A stretch of 46,503 nt of DNA. Origin: Gammaproteobacteria bacterium (GTDB lineage Bacteria > Pseudomonadota > Gammaproteobacteria > JAADHQ01). Shown piece after piece: positions 45,209-46,503 of the stretch (the first letter of the stretch is position 1; every line of letters starts with the position of its first letter). The position numbers were made by a program, and so were the translations under genes. Location of the stretch: the NCBI GenBank assembly GCA_013151795.1, contig JAADHQ010000040.1:1-46503 (forward strand), in the 5' to 3' direction. The notes under the pieces were generated by a model that ran no database searches, had not been told where the DNA came from, and saw only the letters and a list, made by a program, of their open reading frames with translations.

Positions 45209-46503
45209 CCCTTGTTCATAATAAAGCGACCATTATATTTTTTATTAAATTCTTCAAATCGCTGCCTTTGTGTTTCCAGTTTTAGTTCATGCAAGTAATT
45301 TATCGGGCCGCCAGTAAAAGGTGCAAATCCTGTTCCAAAAATAATACCGGCATCTAACATGTCTTCAGTATCAATAACGCCTTCACTTAAACAAGCTACA
45401 GCTTCATTCAGAAGTCTTAGTATGAGGCGGTCTTTGATACTCTGTTTATCAATACCGGGTTGCTTGTCTGTTTTTGGTCTTATAATTTTTCCTTTGTTGT
45501 ATTCGTAAAATCCTCTGCCGGTTTTTACACCCAGATTGCCTGATACAACACGATCATTAAGTATATTAGGTACTTCTCCGCCAAGATGCGTGGACAATAT
45601 ATTTGCAACGGACAAGCAAATATCGAGGCCAACCTTGTCTGCCAGCTCTATTGGCCCCATGGGCATGCCGAAGTCAAGTGCAACCTTGTCAATGATTGTC
45701 GCAGGAATACCTTCCTGAACCATGTAGGCTGCTTCCAGCAAGTAGGGTAACAATACACGGTTGACCAGAAAGCCAGGGCTGCTTTTTACTTGTAATGGCA
45801 GTTTTCCGATTTGAACAGCGAAAGATGATGTATTGTTTATGAATTGTTCGCTAGTATTTTCTGAGTGTACGATTTCGATTAGTTGCATACGGTCTACCGG
45901 ATTAAAAAAGTGTAGACCCGTCAATCGCTCGGGTTGTTTTAATACGCTGCTTATTTCCTCTAACGGGATACTGGAAGTATTTGTGCATAACAATGCATCT
46001 GGTTTGGTTTTACTTTCAAGTGCTTTAAACAGGTTTTGTTTTGCTTCCAGGTCTTCGAAAATAGCTTCAATGACTATGTCTGCATTCTTTATTCCGTCTC
46101 CATTGATGTCTGGTATTAATCTGTCCATTGCTGCACTGGCTAAACGTGAGGGTTTCAGTTTTTTTCTGAATAGTGCGGCAGCTCTTTTTATTGCCGGTGC
46201 AATTCTTTCAGGTGATTGATCCTGAATGGTCACGGTGAGCCCTTTGTAGGCACACCAGGCTGCAATATCTCCACCCATGATACCGGCTCCGATCACATGA
46301 ACATGTTGTGCTTTATAATCGGACAGCTTGCCGGTTTCTTTCATGGATGTTTGCAGAAAGAAAACACGTATGAGGTTTTGTGCAGTCGGTGTATGAAGCA
46401 GTCTGGAGGTTGATTTTGCCTCATGTTTCATCATGGAGTCACTGTTGGCGTGTTTCTCCCATAAGTCTATCAATGCGTAGGGGGCAGGGTAGTGAGCAGG
46501 AGG
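45187..46503 (-). CDS. 3-hydroxyacyl-CoA dehydrogenase part of a FadB/FadJ-like multifunctional enzyme; the N-terminus lies beyond the window
   Basis: The frame stays open to the window edge (…PPAHYPAPYALIDLWEKH). The Rossmann motif VIGAGIMGGDIA and a 3HCDH C-terminal domain are present. Confidence 0.8.
   Translation of the reverse strand, partial: PPAHYPAPYALIDLWEKHANSDSMMKHEAKSTSRLLHTPTAQNLIRVFFLQTSMKETGKLSDYKAQHVHVIGAGIMGGDIAAWCAYKGLTVTIQDQSPERIAPAIKRAAALFRKKLKPSRLASAAMDRLIPDINGDGIKNADIVIEAIFEDLEAKQNLFKALESKTKPDALLCTNTSSIPLEEISSVLKQPERLTGLHFFNPVDRMQLIEIVHSENTSEQFINNTSSFAVQIGKLPLQVKSSPGFLVNRVLLPYLLEAAYMVQEGIPATIIDKVALDFGMPMGPIELADKVGLDICLSVANILSTHLGGEVPNILNDRVVSGNLGVKTGRGFYEYNKGKIIRPKTDKQPGIDKQSIKDRLILRLLNEAVACLSEGVIDTEDMLDAGIIFGTGFAPFTGGPINYLHELKLETQRQRFEEFNKKYNGRFIMNKGWEKLLC

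Overview
This is a chromosomal segment from a moderately AT-rich, gammaproteobacterium-like genome; the taxon cannot be fixed from sequence alone. The backbone is the conserved maf / yceD-rpmF-plsX-fabHDG-acpP-fabF-pabBC-mltG-tmk-holB-pilZ ... ycfH(tatD-family) cluster, with a two-subunit pyruvate carboxylase (pycAB) between maf and yceD. The left third holds a RegB/RegA (RoxSR-type) redox two-component system. It is transcribed divergently from an unusual operon encoding a Met/Cys-rich outer-membrane barrel, a monohaem lipoprotein and a TlpA-like thioredoxin. A perfect GCGAC-N5-GTCGC palindrome lies in the shared promoter. About 14 kb of accessory DNA sits between pilZ and ycfH. It carries a secreted protein built from about ten 26-residue Met4/His1 tandem repeats (78-bp DNA period), an OmpR/EnvZ-type system whose kinase has a Met/His-rich periplasmic patch, fpr, a czcCBA-type heavy-metal RND pump preceded by a His-rich small protein, and the haem-containing fatty-acid cis/trans isomerase cti. 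A diverged in-frame copy of the last 70 cti codons lies directly downstream of czcA, which marks a recombination scar. Gene decay is conspicuous: an IS3-family remnant, a REP-associated tyrosine transposase (RAYT) stub, a diguanylate cyclase broken by two separate 8-bp tandem duplications, and an mltG frameshift in an A-run. The best candidates for an undescribed system are the Met-repeat protein with its sensor pair and the RegBA-linked Met-rich OMP operon; both are inferred copper/silver-handling modules. No rRNA, tRNA or CRISPR was found.
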